In this document: positions 1 to 9,425 of the stretch, in pieces
How the letters are laid out: every line of letters begins with the position of its first letter
How positions within the stretch are numbered: the stretch's first letter is position 1
Assembly (NCBI GenBank): GCA_964528445.1
Contig: CAZGSL010000001.1
Span: 82,530-114,529 of the forward strand
DNA: 32,000 nucleotides
Reading direction: 5' to 3'
Origin: an uncultured Balneolaceae bacterium
Lineage (GTDB): Bacteria > Bacteroidota > Rhodothermia > Balneolales > Balneolaceae
Position numbers and translations under genes: made by a program
The notes under the pieces: generated by a model
Seen by the model: the letters and a program-made list of their open reading frames with translations, nothing else
Database searches by the model: none
What the model was told of the DNA's origin: nothing

Positions 1-304
1 CAAGAACCTGAATCCCGACGACCTGGTGGGAGGCACCATTACCCTTACCAATTACGGGAGCGTGGGCAACCTGATGGGAACGCCCATCATCAACCAGCCC
101 CAGGTCGCCATCATGGGTACGGGCGTTATCGAAAAACGGCCCGTTGTGATGGAAACCGACGCGGGCGATGTCATCGCCATCCGGCACATGATGTACCTCT
201 CCATGAGCTACGACCACCGGATTATCGACGGCGCGCACGGCGGCGCCTTTCTCAACCGTGTTAAGGAGCTGCTCGAGGGATTCGACCCGGACCGCGCGGT
301 ATGA
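1..304 (+). CDS. 2-oxo acid dehydrogenase E2 component (dihydrolipoamide acyltransferase), C-terminal part, truncated by window edge
   Basis: Frame open from base 2; contains the catalytic-domain signature ...GGTITLTNYGSVG...QVAIMGTG...LSMSYDHRIIDGAHGGAFLNRVKELLE, typical of the 2-oxoacid dehydrogenase acyltransferase family (SYDHRxxDG active site). Confidence 0.93.
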   Translation, partial: KNLNPDDLVGGTITLTNYGSVGNLMGTPIINQPQVAIMGTGVIEKRPVVMETDAGDVIAIRHMMYLSMSYDHRIIDGAHGGAFLNRVKELLEGFDPDRAV

Positions 305-380
305 CCGTGCCGGCGGTTCCGGAGAGAGTCGCCTGATCGATATGCGCGCGTTCCACCAAATTTTCCTTCTTACCGTGAGA

Positions 381-408
381 CGGCATGATCCTTTGTGCCG
401 CTTTTTTT
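381..408 (+). terminator. Weak candidate intrinsic terminator (5-bp stem CGGCA/TGCCG followed by a T tract)
   Basis: cggca-tgatcctttg-tgccg-cttttttt, located between the E2 stop and panC. Confidence 0.35.
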
Positions 409-418
409 ATGCCACGTC

Positions 419-1273
419 ATGGAACTTCACCAAACCATAGAAGAGATTCGAGAGCAGGTTTCCCGGTACCGGGACAAGGGGCTCCGGGTGGGATTCGTCC
501 CCACCATGGGGGCCCTGCACGAGGGACACCTCTCCCTGTTCCGCCTGGCGGCGGAGAAGACCGACCGTGTGGTTGCCTCGGTCTATGTAAACCCGGAGCA
601 GTTTGCCCCCGGCGAGGATTACGAGACCTACCCGAGGGACCTGGAAGGGGATATGGAGAAGGCCGCCGAGAACGGCGTGGATACCGTTTTCGCGCCGGAC
701 GACGAAGTGATGTACGGCGATCGGAATTACCTCAGCATCGAGATCGAGGAGCTGAACCGCTACATGGACGGCGGCTCCCGTCCCGGCTTTTTCGAAGGCA
801 TCCTGCTGGTGGTCAACAAGCTGTTCAATATCGTGCAGCCTGACCTGGCGGTGTTCGGGCAGAAGGACCTCCAGCAGTTCCGGATACTCCAGCAGATGGT
901 CCGCGAGTTCAACCATCCGGTGGAGCTGGTCATGGGGCCCATCATCCGGGCCGGCGACGGACTGGCGCTCAGCAGCCGGAATGCCTACCTGGACGACCGC
1001 CAGCGGGCGCTCGCCCCCTCCCTGTACCGCTCCCTGACGTATATCGCCGGACAGATAAGGGATGGCGTGAGGAAACCCCGCCTGCTGATCGAGCACCAGA
1101 AATCGGAACTGGAGGCGAAAGGGTTTGAAATTGATTATCTTAACCTGTTTGATTTTGCGAAGATGCGACCCGTGGAGGAGGCGGAAAGAGGCCAGAAATA
1201 CATCCTGGCCGGCGCCGTTTACCTGGGGGAGACCCGTTTGATCGACAACATGATTCTGGAAATTGATTCCTGA
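419..1273 (+). CDS. panC: Pantothenate synthetase (pantoate--beta-alanine ligase)
   Basis: MELHQTIEEIREQV...GFVPTMGALHEGHLSL, VFGQKDLQQ, LALSSRNAYL signatures. ORF track starts at 395; ATG at 419 is the more likely start. Confidence 0.96.
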   Translation: MELHQTIEEIREQVSRYRDKGLRVGFVPTMGALHEGHLSLFRLAAEKTDRVVASVYVNPEQFAPGEDYETYPRDLEGDMEKAAENGVDTVFAPDDEVMYGDRNYLSIEIEELNRYMDGGSRPGFFEGILLVVNKLFNIVQPDLAVFGQKDLQQFRILQQMVREFNHPVELVMGPIIRAGDGLALSSRNAYLDDRQRALAPSLYRSLTYIAGQIRDGVRKPRLLIEHQKSELEAKGFEIDYLNLFDFAKMRPVEEAERGQKYILAGAVYLGETRLIDNMILEIDS

Positions 1274-1279
1274 TGCCGT

Positions 1280-1714
1280 ATGAAACTTTCCATGTTTAAA
1301 TCCAAGCTGCACCAGCTCAGGGTGACCGAGGCCAATCTCCACTACGAGGGAAGCATCACCCTCGACAGCGAGTTGCTGGAGGAGGCCGGAATTCTCCCCT
1401 ACGAAAAGGTGCAGGTGCTGAACATCACCAACGGTTCCCGACTGGAGACCTACACCATTCCGGGCGAAGCCGGCTCCCGGGTCTGCTGCCTGAACGGTGC
1501 GGCGGCGCGCCTGACCCAGGTGGGAGACCGCATTATCGTGATCGCCTACGCGGAGATGACGCCGGAGGAAGCGCGGCAGCACAAGCCGCGGGTCGTGGTG
1601 GTCGACGAGAACAACGATCCGAAGCGGGTGGTTGACGAGAGCGAATACGCCACGAAATACGATCTGGAGACCGGCCTGGTGGATAATTCGATGCTGGGAG
1701 AAACCGATGTTTAA
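1280..1714 (+). CDS. panD: Aspartate 1-decarboxylase
   Basis: [55 protein letters not shown]; contains the GS self-cleavage site. Directly follows panC. Start may be ATG 1292. Confidence 0.96.
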   Translation: MKLSMFKSKLHQLRVTEANLHYEGSITLDSELLEEAGILPYEKVQVLNITNGSRLETYTIPGEAGSRVCCLNGAAARLTQVGDRIIVIAYAEMTPEEARQHKPRVVVVDENNDPKRVVDESEYATKYDLETGLVDNSMLGETDV

Positions 1715-1924
1715 GAGCAGGTAATTTCTGTAATTATTTGTTAGGCTGGCATCTCGCTACGCAAAATGTTACAGCAATTGTAAAACTTTATAAGACAGCG
1801 TATCGTCGCGAAACAGAGAGCTTTACCTTACGTTTAGTTGCTACCCGGTACTGTTACGGAGACAATATAAAATTATCTTGATAGTTAAGCTTATAGTTTA
1901 ACGTCTCAAAAAAGTTCTGTCGTT

Positions 1925-3466
1925 ATGTCGAAAAAATACATCATACCCGGCGCGCTGGTTGCGTTGATTCTGGTAGCCTGGCTGGCTTTCGGGTCCGACT
2001 CTTCGGAAGAGAATACCATTTACGCCACTCCTCAGACCGGTCAGTTTGAAGTGACCATCTCCACGACCGGTGAGCTGCAGGCCAAAAATTCCACGAGCAT
2101 CCGCGGCCCGGAGGGAATGAGGGAGTACCGCATCTACAATGTCACCATACAGGATATTGTTCCCGAGGGTACGGTGGTTGAGCAGGGAGATTACGTGGCC
2201 GAACTTGACCGCTCGCAGGCCATGACCACCCTGCAGGATGCGGAATTGTCGCTGGAGGAGGAGCTGGCTGCCCTGGAAATCGCGCAGCTCGACAGCTCCC
2301 GCACCCTCTCCGACGCCCGCGATAATATTACGGATTTGGAGTACCAGCTGGAGGAAGCCCAGATTGCCCTGGAACAGTCGAAGTATGAGTCTCCCGCCGT
2401 GCAGCGCGAGGCGGAGATCAACCTGGACCGGGCCAAGCGTAACCTGGCGCAGGCGCAGCGGAATTTTGAACTCACGAAGAAGCAGGCCGAGGCCGAAATC
2501 AAGGAGATCCAGGCCGACGTCCAGGAGGAGCGGCAGGACGTCCAGCGCATCAAGGAGATCATGGACAACTTCACCATCTACGCCCCGGAGAACGGAATGG
2601 TGATCTACCGCCGGAACCGGGACGGCAGCAAGGTCCGCGAGGGCAGCGAATTGAGCGGCTGGGATCCCGTGGTGGCCGAGTTGCCGGACTTCAGCCAGAT
2701 GGAGTCTATTACGTATGTCAACGAAGTGGATATACAGAACGTCCGGCCCGGACAGCAGGTGGAGATCGGCCTGGACGCCATGCCGGAGAAGAGCCTGACC
2801 GGGGAGGTCAGCAGCGTGGCCAACATCGGCGAGCAGCGGCCCAACTCCAACTCGAAGGTATTCCAGGTGGTTATTGATATCCACCAGTCCGACTCCACGC
2901 TGCGTCCGGCGATGACCACCAGCAACCGGATACGGGTCAGTTCCGTAGACAGCGCGCTGTATGTGCCCCTCGAGACGGTCCATACCGACGACACCCTCAA
3001 TTACGTCTACAAGCGGAACGGACTTGAGACGGTCCGGCAGCAGGTGATCATGGGAATGATGAACGAGAACAATGTGGTAATTCACGCCGGCGTACAGCCC
3101 GACGACCGTCTCTATCTCTCCACCCCCGACGACACAGCCGGCATTCCCACCGAGCGGCTTCCCGACGACGTGCTGGAGGAGTACCGCGAGCAGATGGAAG
3201 AACAGGAGACGCTGGAGCCGCCCGTACAGGAGCAGGAACTCACGGGCGATCTGGATCAGATGCTCCAGCAGATGCCGGCCCAGATGAGGGACCGCATGGA
3301 GCAGATGCTGGAGAGCGGGCAGATCGATACCGCCGCCATACTGGACCGCATGAAACAGATGCAGCAGGGTGACATGCCGCAGATGCAACGCGGAAGTCAG
3401 CCGCCGGGAGGCGACGGTGACGGTCCCCCCTCCGGCGGAGGCAACCGGGACGGCGGAAACCGGTAG
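1925..3466 (+). CDS. HlyD/MacA-type efflux periplasmic adaptor subunit with a long Met/Gln/Gly-rich C-terminal tail
   Basis: N-terminal TM segment, biotinyl-lipoyl-like region, long coiled coil (ELSLEEELAALEIAQLDSSRTL...QAEAEIKEIQADVQEERQDVQRI), beta-barrel region PGQQVEIGLDAMPEKSLTGEVSSVA; next to a MacB-type permease and a TolC-family gene. Confidence 0.85.
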   Translation: MSKKYIIPGALVALILVAWLAFGSDSSEENTIYATPQTGQFEVTISTTGELQAKNSTSIRGPEGMREYRIYNVTIQDIVPEGTVVEQGDYVAELDRSQAMTTLQDAELSLEEELAALEIAQLDSSRTLSDARDNITDLEYQLEEAQIALEQSKYESPAVQREAEINLDRAKRNLAQAQRNFELTKKQAEAEIKEIQADVQEERQDVQRIKEIMDNFTIYAPENGMVIYRRNRDGSKVREGSELSGWDPVVAELPDFSQMESITYVNEVDIQNVRPGQQVEIGLDAMPEKSLTGEVSSVANIGEQRPNSNSKVFQVVIDIHQSDSTLRPAMTTSNRIRVSSVDSALYVPLETVHTDDTLNYVYKRNGLETVRQQVIMGMMNENNVVIHAGVQPDDRLYLSTPDDTAGIPTERLPDDVLEEYREQMEEQETLEPPVQEQELTGDLDQMLQQMPAQMRDRMEQMLESGQIDTAAILDRMKQMQQGDMPQMQRGSQPPGGDGDGPPSGGGNRDGGNR

Positions 3467-3510
3467 CACACTCCTCTCCACTACACATTTCAACCTGAAG
3501 AGAGACCACG

Positions 3511-4920
3511 TTGTTACAGAAGATACTTTACAACTTTGACATTGCTCTGGATGCCATTCGCCAGAATACCATGCGGAGCTTCCTGACCTCCCTGGGCATT
3601 ATTTTCGGGGTGGCCTCCGTAATCGCCATGCTGGCCATCGGGCGGGGTGCGCAGGAAGAGGTGCTGCAGCAGATGCAGCTGCTGGGTACCGACAACGTGA
3701 TCATCGAGACGGTCATGGAGCAGACCGAGGGAGAAGTGGAGGACGGAAGTACATCATCTGGCGAAAGCCAGCGGCGGTTTTCGCCGGGGCTGACTCTGGA
3801 GGATATGGAGAGTATCCAGAACGAAATTCCCCAGGTAAGCAACGTCACTCCCGAGATTATCTACGATACCTACTTTGTGCGTAACGGCCGCATGCGCACC
3901 GGCAAGCTGGTAGGGGTCAATAACCAGTATTTTGATATTAACAATTTTGAATTTGAGGAGGGCCGGCCGTTTACCGATCTGCAGATGCGCGAATCGGAGC
4001 CGGTCTGTGTCATCGGGTCCGACGTAAAGACCCGCTTTTTCGCCGGACAGGATCCCATCGGGAAGCAGATCAAGACCGGGGGACTCTGGATGACGGTTGT
4101 GGGAGTACTCGAGGAGCGGGAGATGAGCACGGAGAATATCGAGAACCTGGGCATCCGGAACTACAACCTGGACATCTACGCTCCGGCCACCTCCGTGCTG
4201 CTTCGGTACGGTAACAGGGCGGTGGTTACCCAGCAGGATATACAGGACGGGCAGTCGGAAGAGAACGGCGGCGGTCAGGTGGTTCAATTCGGCGGCGGCG
4301 GCAGCATTATGATTTCCGGCGGCGGCAACGTGGAATCGAGTTCTTCTTCCGACGACGAAATGAGCAACTATCACCAGCTTGACAAGCTTATCGTACAGGT
4401 AACGGATAACGCCTACAGCGTTCCCATCGCGGATATTCTACGGCGTATGCTGCAGCGGCGCCACAACGGGATCATCGACTTTGAGGTGATTGTCCCCGAG
4501 CTGCTGCTCCAGCAGGAACGGCGGACCCAGGAGATTTTCAATATCGTACTCTCCTCCATCGCGTCCATTGCCCTGATCGTGGGCGGTATCGGCATCATGA
4601 ACATCATGCTGGCGTCGGTGGTGGAACGTTACCGGGAGATCGGCGTTCGACGTGCGGTGGGAGCCCATAAAAAGGACATACAGCTCCAGTTCCTGACCGA
4701 GGCCCTCACCATCAGCATCAGCGGCGGCATGGTGGGTATTTTCCTGGGCATCGCGCTCAGTTACGTCATCGAGATTACGGCGGGCATCGTTACCATCGTG
4801 ACACTTTCATCCATTCTCATATCATTCGGGGTGGCCCTGGCCGTCGGAGTGATCTTCGGGTACGTACCCGCCCGCCGGGCCGCAGAACAGGATCCAGTAA
4901 ACGCTCTACGTCATGAATAA
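3511..4920 (+). CDS. MacB-type ABC transporter permease (FtsX/MacB_PCD fold), no ATPase domain
   Basis: NTMRSFLTSLGIIFGVASVIAMLAIGRGAQEE...IASIALIVGGIGIMNIMLASVVERYREIGVRRAVGA...GYVPARRAAEQDPVNALRHE. Starts with TTG at 3511. No Walker A in the ORF. Confidence 0.92.
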   Translation: MLQKILYNFDIALDAIRQNTMRSFLTSLGIIFGVASVIAMLAIGRGAQEEVLQQMQLLGTDNVIIETVMEQTEGEVEDGSTSSGESQRRFSPGLTLEDMESIQNEIPQVSNVTPEIIYDTYFVRNGRMRTGKLVGVNNQYFDINNFEFEEGRPFTDLQMRESEPVCVIGSDVKTRFFAGQDPIGKQIKTGGLWMTVVGVLEEREMSTENIENLGIRNYNLDIYAPATSVLLRYGNRAVVTQQDIQDGQSEENGGGQVVQFGGGGSIMISGGGNVESSSSSDDEMSNYHQLDKLIVQVTDNAYSVPIADILRRMLQRRHNGIIDFEVIVPELLLQQERRTQEIFNIVLSSIASIALIVGGIGIMNIMLASVVERYREIGVRRAVGAHKKDIQLQFLTEALTISISGGMVGIFLGIALSYVIEITAGIVTIVTLSSILISFGVALAVGVIFGYVPARRAAEQDPVNALRHE

Positions 4921-6403
4921 ACCAGTTACCTTACTCTTTCTCATTTTAATCACCGGTCTGGTCGGGGCGCATGCGGCCCACGCCCAGCAGGCGCAGGTTC
5001 AGGATCTGGGAACGCTCTCCCTGCAGGAGGCCATCGAAATTGCCCAGGAACAGAGTCCGCAGGCCCGGTCGGCGCGTTTCGGACTGATTGCCAGCCAGTG
5101 GCAGTACCGCTCCTATCGTGCCGACCTGCTGCCCAGCCTCTCGCTTTCAGGGGACGCGCCGAATTTCTCGCGCAGCATTATTTCCAACACCCTGGATGAC
5201 GGGACCGTTATCTTTCAGTCCCAGGTGCAGTCCCAGGCCTCGACGGAACTCTCCATTCAGCAGAATATTCCGTGGACCGGCGGTTCGCTCTTTGTCCAGT
5301 CGGGGCTGGAGCGGCTGGGAGTTTTCGGAGGTGAGAACTCCTATCTCTGGTCAAGCACGCCCCTGCTGGCCCGCTACTCCCAGCCCCTGTTCCAGTACAA
5401 CAGCCTGAAGTGGCAGCAGCGCATTCAGCCCCTTGAATACGAGATTGCCCGGAAGGAGTACGATCAGCAGATGGAGGCCATCGCCGAGCAGACTACCAAC
5501 AACTTTTTCCAGGTCTACCTGAGCCGTATCAACCTGGAGATCGCCGAATTCAACGTTCAGCGCAACGACTCCACCTACCAGATTTCGCAGGGCCGCTACG
5601 AGGTGGGAAGCATTACCGAGAACGAGCTGCTGCAGACCGAACTGCAGCTCAGCAACTCCCAGAGCGAGCTGACCAGCGCCCAGATCGAATACGAGCGGGC
5701 ATTGGACCAGTTCAAGATCTTCCTGGGATACCCGACCGACGTAACGGTGGATGAGCTGGAGCCCCCCACCGAGCTGCCGGATATCGAGGTGGATCTGCAG
5801 CGAGCCGTTGAGCTGGCTATGGAAAACAACAGCGAAGCGCTGGATTACCAGCTGGAGGAGCTCCAGGCGGATGCCAACTTTGCGCAGGCCAAAAGCCAGA
5901 GCAATTTCCAGTTTACCATCAACGCCACCTACGGCATTAACCAGACTGCCGCCGATTTCCAGGATCTCTATGTGAATCCCCAGGACCGGCAGTCGGTAAA
6001 CGTCAGTTTCCAGGTGCCTCTCTTCAACTGGGGCAAGGAGCGGGCAGAGGTTAACATGGCCCGCAACCAGCAGCAGCAGGTGCAGAGTGATATCCAGTTC
6101 CAGCGCCGGCAGTTTTTACAGGACGTGGAATACACCGTCCGGCAATTCTTGCAGCTGGAGGGACAGGTGCAGCGGGCCGCGCGTTCGGATACCATCGCCC
6201 AGCGCCGCTACGACGTGGCCCAGAATCACTACCTGATAGGGAATATCAGCATTACGGACCTCTTCATTGCGCAGAGCGAGCGGGATTCTGCGCGGAGGGC
6301 CTACATCAGCGCACTTCAGGATTTCTGGACCGGCCTCTACAACCTGCGGCGTCTTACCCTTTACGACTTCCGGCGCAACGAGCCCATCTCCCACGAGCTT
6401 TGA
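4913..6403 (+). CDS. TolC family outer membrane efflux protein
   Basis: Signal peptide MNKPVTLLFLILITGLVGAHAAHAQ; paired helical repeats typical of OEP/TolC. Overlaps the permease gene by 8 nt. Confidence 0.9.
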   Translation: MNKPVTLLFLILITGLVGAHAAHAQQAQVQDLGTLSLQEAIEIAQEQSPQARSARFGLIASQWQYRSYRADLLPSLSLSGDAPNFSRSIISNTLDDGTVIFQSQVQSQASTELSIQQNIPWTGGSLFVQSGLERLGVFGGENSYLWSSTPLLARYSQPLFQYNSLKWQQRIQPLEYEIARKEYDQQMEAIAEQTTNNFFQVYLSRINLEIAEFNVQRNDSTYQISQGRYEVGSITENELLQTELQLSNSQSELTSAQIEYERALDQFKIFLGYPTDVTVDELEPPTELPDIEVDLQRAVELAMENNSEALDYQLEELQADANFAQAKSQSNFQFTINATYGINQTAADFQDLYVNPQDRQSVNVSFQVPLFNWGKERAEVNMARNQQQQVQSDIQFQRRQFLQDVEYTVRQFLQLEGQVQRAARSDTIAQRRYDVAQNHYLIGNISITDLFIAQSERDSARRAYISALQDFWTGLYNLRRLTLYDFRRNEPISHEL

Positions 6404-6428
6404 CCTTGCGTTCTTAATTCAGGCGGCT

Positions 6429-6496
6429 GGGAGGGGGATAAGCCTGTGGGATACTTAAAAAGTACTTTTTTGATCCCACAGGCTTATCCCCCTCCC
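6429..6496. repeat. 24-bp perfect inverted repeat around a 20-nt loop; possible bidirectional terminator or mobile-type palindromic element
   Basis: ggagggggataagcctgtgggat (arm 6429/6430-6452) and atcccacaggcttatccccctcc (arm 6473-6495/6496) are exact reverse complements; loop contains AAAAAGTACTTTTT. Confidence 0.85.
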
Positions 6497-6501
6497 TATA
6501 C

Positions 6502-6531
6502 TTGCGATTCAGGCGAAAGCTCCTAACTTTA
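6502..6531 (+). promoter_or_regulatory. Weak candidate Bacteroidota-type -33/-7 promoter (TTG-N19-TAACTTTA)
   Basis: TTG at 6502-6504, 19-nt spacer, TAACTTTA at 6524-6531, resembling TTG-N19-23-TAnnTTTG; upstream of the oxidoreductase gene. Confidence 0.3.
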
Positions 6532-6566
6532 CGCGAAACGAAAACCGCGGGAAGAAGGGATGGATT

Positions 6567-7961
6567 ATGGACGAACAGGACAAGGACGGGAAATTGAAAT
6601 CCTCCGGCATGTCACGCAGGGATTTTCTGGGTACCTCCGCGCTTGCCGGAGCGGGATTCATGGTGGTTCCGCGACGCGTTCTGGGAGGAAGCGGGTATCG
6701 GGCTCCCAGCGATACGCTCAACATCGCCTCGGTCGGGGTGGGGGGAATGGGCGCGAACAACACCCAGGCCCTCTCCGATCTGGGAGAGAATATCTACGCG
6801 CTGTGTGACGTGGACGAAGAGTACGCCGCCGAAACGCTCTACAACTACCCGAAAGCCAAGAAGTATGTGGATTTCCGGGAGATGCTGGAGCAGGAGCCCG
6901 AAATTGACGCGGTGGTGGTAGCCACCCCCGATCACTCCCATGCTGCGATCGCCATCCAGGCCATGCAGGAGGGCAAACATGTCTTTGTGCAGAAGCCGCT
7001 GGCCCGCACCCTTTACGAAGCGCGGCGCATGAGGGAAGTGGCGGAGGAGACCGGCGTGGTGACCCAGATGGGAAACCAGGGTCACTGCTACGACGGCACA
7101 CGGAAGCTCGTAAACTGGATCCGCCAGGGAGCCATCGGTGAAGTCCGGAAAGTGGACTGCTGGACCAACCGCCCCACCGGTTTCTGGCCGCAGGGCGGGA
7201 CGGTGAGCCGCCCCGACGAAATTCCGGTTGTTCCCTATACCATGCACTGGGATCTCTGGATTGGACCCGCCTCCTACCGCCCCTACCATCCCGATTACGC
7301 GCCGTTTGCCTGGAGGGGACGCTGGGACTTCGGGAGCGGCGCGCTGGGTGACATGGGCGCCCATATCATGGACCAGCCCTTCTGGGCCCTGGAGCTTGGG
7401 AATCCCGATACGGTGCATGCCAGTCCCACACCTTTCAACGACGAGGCCTTCCCGGTGGGCTCAACCGTCTACTACCGCTTCCCGGAAAGGAACGGACGGC
7501 CGGCGGTGGACCTGACCTGGCACGACGGGGGCATCAAGCCGCCCCGTCCGGCAGAACTGCCTGACGAGGAGTCCCTCGGTTCCTGGGGCGGCGGCATGCT
7601 GTTTCACGGTTCGGAGGGAATGCTGCAGGCGGACGTGTACGGGAACAATCCCCGTTTCATACCCTCCTCGCTGGGAGACGAAGTGGGAGAGCCTGAGATG
7701 GAGATTCCCCTCTCGCCGGGCATTCACGAGGAGTTTGTCAACGCCTGCAAGGGAGAGGGGGAGGCCAGCTCCCACTTCGACTACGCGGCGCGGCTGACGG
7801 AGACGATGATGCTGGGCAATGTCGCCATCCAGTTCAGCGAACAGCCGATGAAACTCCGGTGGGATTCGGAAAACCTGAGGGTTCCCAACCTGGAGGAGGC
7901 CAACGAGTGGCTGGACGAGCGGAACAATTTTCGTCCCGGATGGAGGGAGCTGATCGGCTAG
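6567..7961 (+). CDS. Gfo/Idh/MocA family oxidoreductase with Tat signal
   Basis: SRRDFLGTSALAGAGFMV twin-arginine signal; Rossmann region NIASVGVGGMGANNTQAL; EGKHVFVQKPLARTLYEARRM motif; TQMGNQGH; WTNRPTGFWPQG. Confidence 0.93.
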   Translation: MDEQDKDGKLKSSGMSRRDFLGTSALAGAGFMVVPRRVLGGSGYRAPSDTLNIASVGVGGMGANNTQALSDLGENIYALCDVDEEYAAETLYNYPKAKKYVDFREMLEQEPEIDAVVVATPDHSHAAIAIQAMQEGKHVFVQKPLARTLYEARRMREVAEETGVVTQMGNQGHCYDGTRKLVNWIRQGAIGEVRKVDCWTNRPTGFWPQGGTVSRPDEIPVVPYTMHWDLWIGPASYRPYHPDYAPFAWRGRWDFGSGALGDMGAHIMDQPFWALELGNPDTVHASPTPFNDEAFPVGSTVYYRFPERNGRPAVDLTWHDGGIKPPRPAELPDEESLGSWGGGMLFHGSEGMLQADVYGNNPRFIPSSLGDEVGEPEMEIPLSPGIHEEFVNACKGEGEASSHFDYAARLTETMMLGNVAIQFSEQPMKLRWDSENLRVPNLEEANEWLDERNNFRPGWRELIG

Positions 7962-7975
7962 GTCCGGCGGACGAC

Positions 7976-9346
7976 TCAGGCGTACTCCGGCAGGCGGCGG
8001 AAAAATTCCGCGGAGGTTTCGATCCCCCGGTAGAAATCCTTGAGCGAGAACTTCTCGTTGGGAGAGTGAATGGCATCGCTGGTGAGGCCGAAGCCCATCA
8101 GTATGGACTGGGCTCCCAGCACCTTCTTGAAATCGGCCACGATGGGAATGGATCCCCCTTCCCGGGCATAGAGCGGCTCTTTGCCGTAGACCTCTTCGAA
8201 AGCGTCGGCTGCCGCCTTGAGGCCATAAAAGGAGAGATCGGTACTCGCCGGATGTCCCCCGTGATGCTCGGTCACCTCGACCTCCACCGTATCGGGAGCC
8301 AGTTCGTGGATGTATTCGGTAAAGAGGCGGGCGACGGTTTCGGGGTCCTGGTCAGGCACCAGGCGCATGCTGATCTTGGCCCCCGCCTTTGAGGGCAGAA
8401 CGGTCTTGGCCCCCTCTCCCTGGTAGCCGCTCCACATCCCGTTTACGTCGATCGAGGGGCGCGCGGTGGTCCGCTCCAGGGTGCTGTAGCCTTCCTCCCC
8501 GTTCAGGGCCTTGAGGCCCAGCTCCTTTTTGTAGGCCTCGGGGTCGAAGGGCAGTTTCGCGAAGGCTTCCCTCTCCTCATCGGTAATCGGTTTCACGTCG
8601 TCGTAGAATCCGGGTATCTGGATGACACCGGCTTCGTCTTTCAGCCGGGCGATCATCCCGGATAGCACCATGGCCGGGTTGTCCACCGCTCCGCCGTAAA
8701 CGCCCGAATGGAGATCCCGGTTGGGACCGGTAAGATTCACCTCCATATACGCAAGCCCCCGGAGTCCGTACGTCAGGGAGGGGGTATCCTCCGCGAACAT
8801 GGCGGTGTCGGAGATGACCACCATGTCGCACTCCAGCAGTTCCCGGTGCTCGGTAATAAAAGGCACGAGATGGGGAGAGCCGATCTCTTCCTCTCCCTCC
8901 AGGATGAATTTGATATTGACGGGGAAAGGGGTATCCGTCCTCCTGTACGCCTCAAGCGCCTTGCAGTGGGTAAACGACTGTCCCTTGTCGTCGCTCGCCC
9001 CGCGTGCATAGATCTTACCGTCGCGAAGCGTGGGTTCGAAAGGAGGTGTCTCCCAGAGGTCCAGCGGATCCGGGGGCTGTACGTCGTAATGGCCGTATAC
9101 CAGTACCGTAGGACGGTCGCTTCCGGTTGTCAGCTCACCGTATACAATCGGGTTGCCCTCGGTTTCAAAAAGCTCAACACGGTCGAGATCCAGCGATTCC
9201 AGCTGTTTTTCCCAGAACCTGGCCGCCTCCCGCACGTCGTCCCGGTGGCTGGAGTCCGTGCTTACACTGGGTATGCGAAGCAGTTCATAAAGTTCCTCCC
9301 GAAAACGGTCCCGATTGTCGCGGATGTATTTTTTGAAATCGGCCAT
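7976..9346 (-). CDS. Dipeptidase / M20 family metallopeptidase
   Basis: VLVYGHYDVQPPDPLDLWETPPFEPTLRDGKIYARGASDDKGQ, FILEGEEEIGSPHL, HGGHPASTD, REGGSIPIVADF signatures of M20. Confidence 0.94.
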   Translation of the reverse strand: MADFKKYIRDNRDRFREELYELLRIPSVSTDSSHRDDVREAARFWEKQLESLDLDRVELFETEGNPIVYGELTTGSDRPTVLVYGHYDVQPPDPLDLWETPPFEPTLRDGKIYARGASDDKGQSFTHCKALEAYRRTDTPFPVNIKFILEGEEEIGSPHLVPFITEHRELLECDMVVISDTAMFAEDTPSLTYGLRGLAYMEVNLTGPNRDLHSGVYGGAVDNPAMVLSGMIARLKDEAGVIQIPGFYDDVKPITDEEREAFAKLPFDPEAYKKELGLKALNGEEGYSTLERTTARPSIDVNGMWSGYQGEGAKTVLPSKAGAKISMRLVPDQDPETVARLFTEYIHELAPDTVEVEVTEHHGGHPASTDLSFYGLKAAADAFEEVYGKEPLYAREGGSIPIVADFKKVLGAQSILMGFGLTSDAIHSPNEKFSLKDFYRGIETSAEFFRRLPEYA

Positions 9347-9425
9347 GGGAAAAAAGCTGTTTGTGGTTTGGTAAGTGAGAAAGTAACAAAGCGCGGTCAG
9401 GCAGACAACGCCCGGTTTATGCGCG

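Noticed and set aside
1898-3493. 531-aa minus-strand ORF
   Set aside because: Fully antisense to the well-supported adaptor gene; His/Leu/Gly-rich, no motif.
7962-7975. Mini palindrome GTCCGGCGGAC between the convergent oxidoreductase and dipeptidase genes
   Set aside because: Too short and loopless to be a meaningful hairpin.
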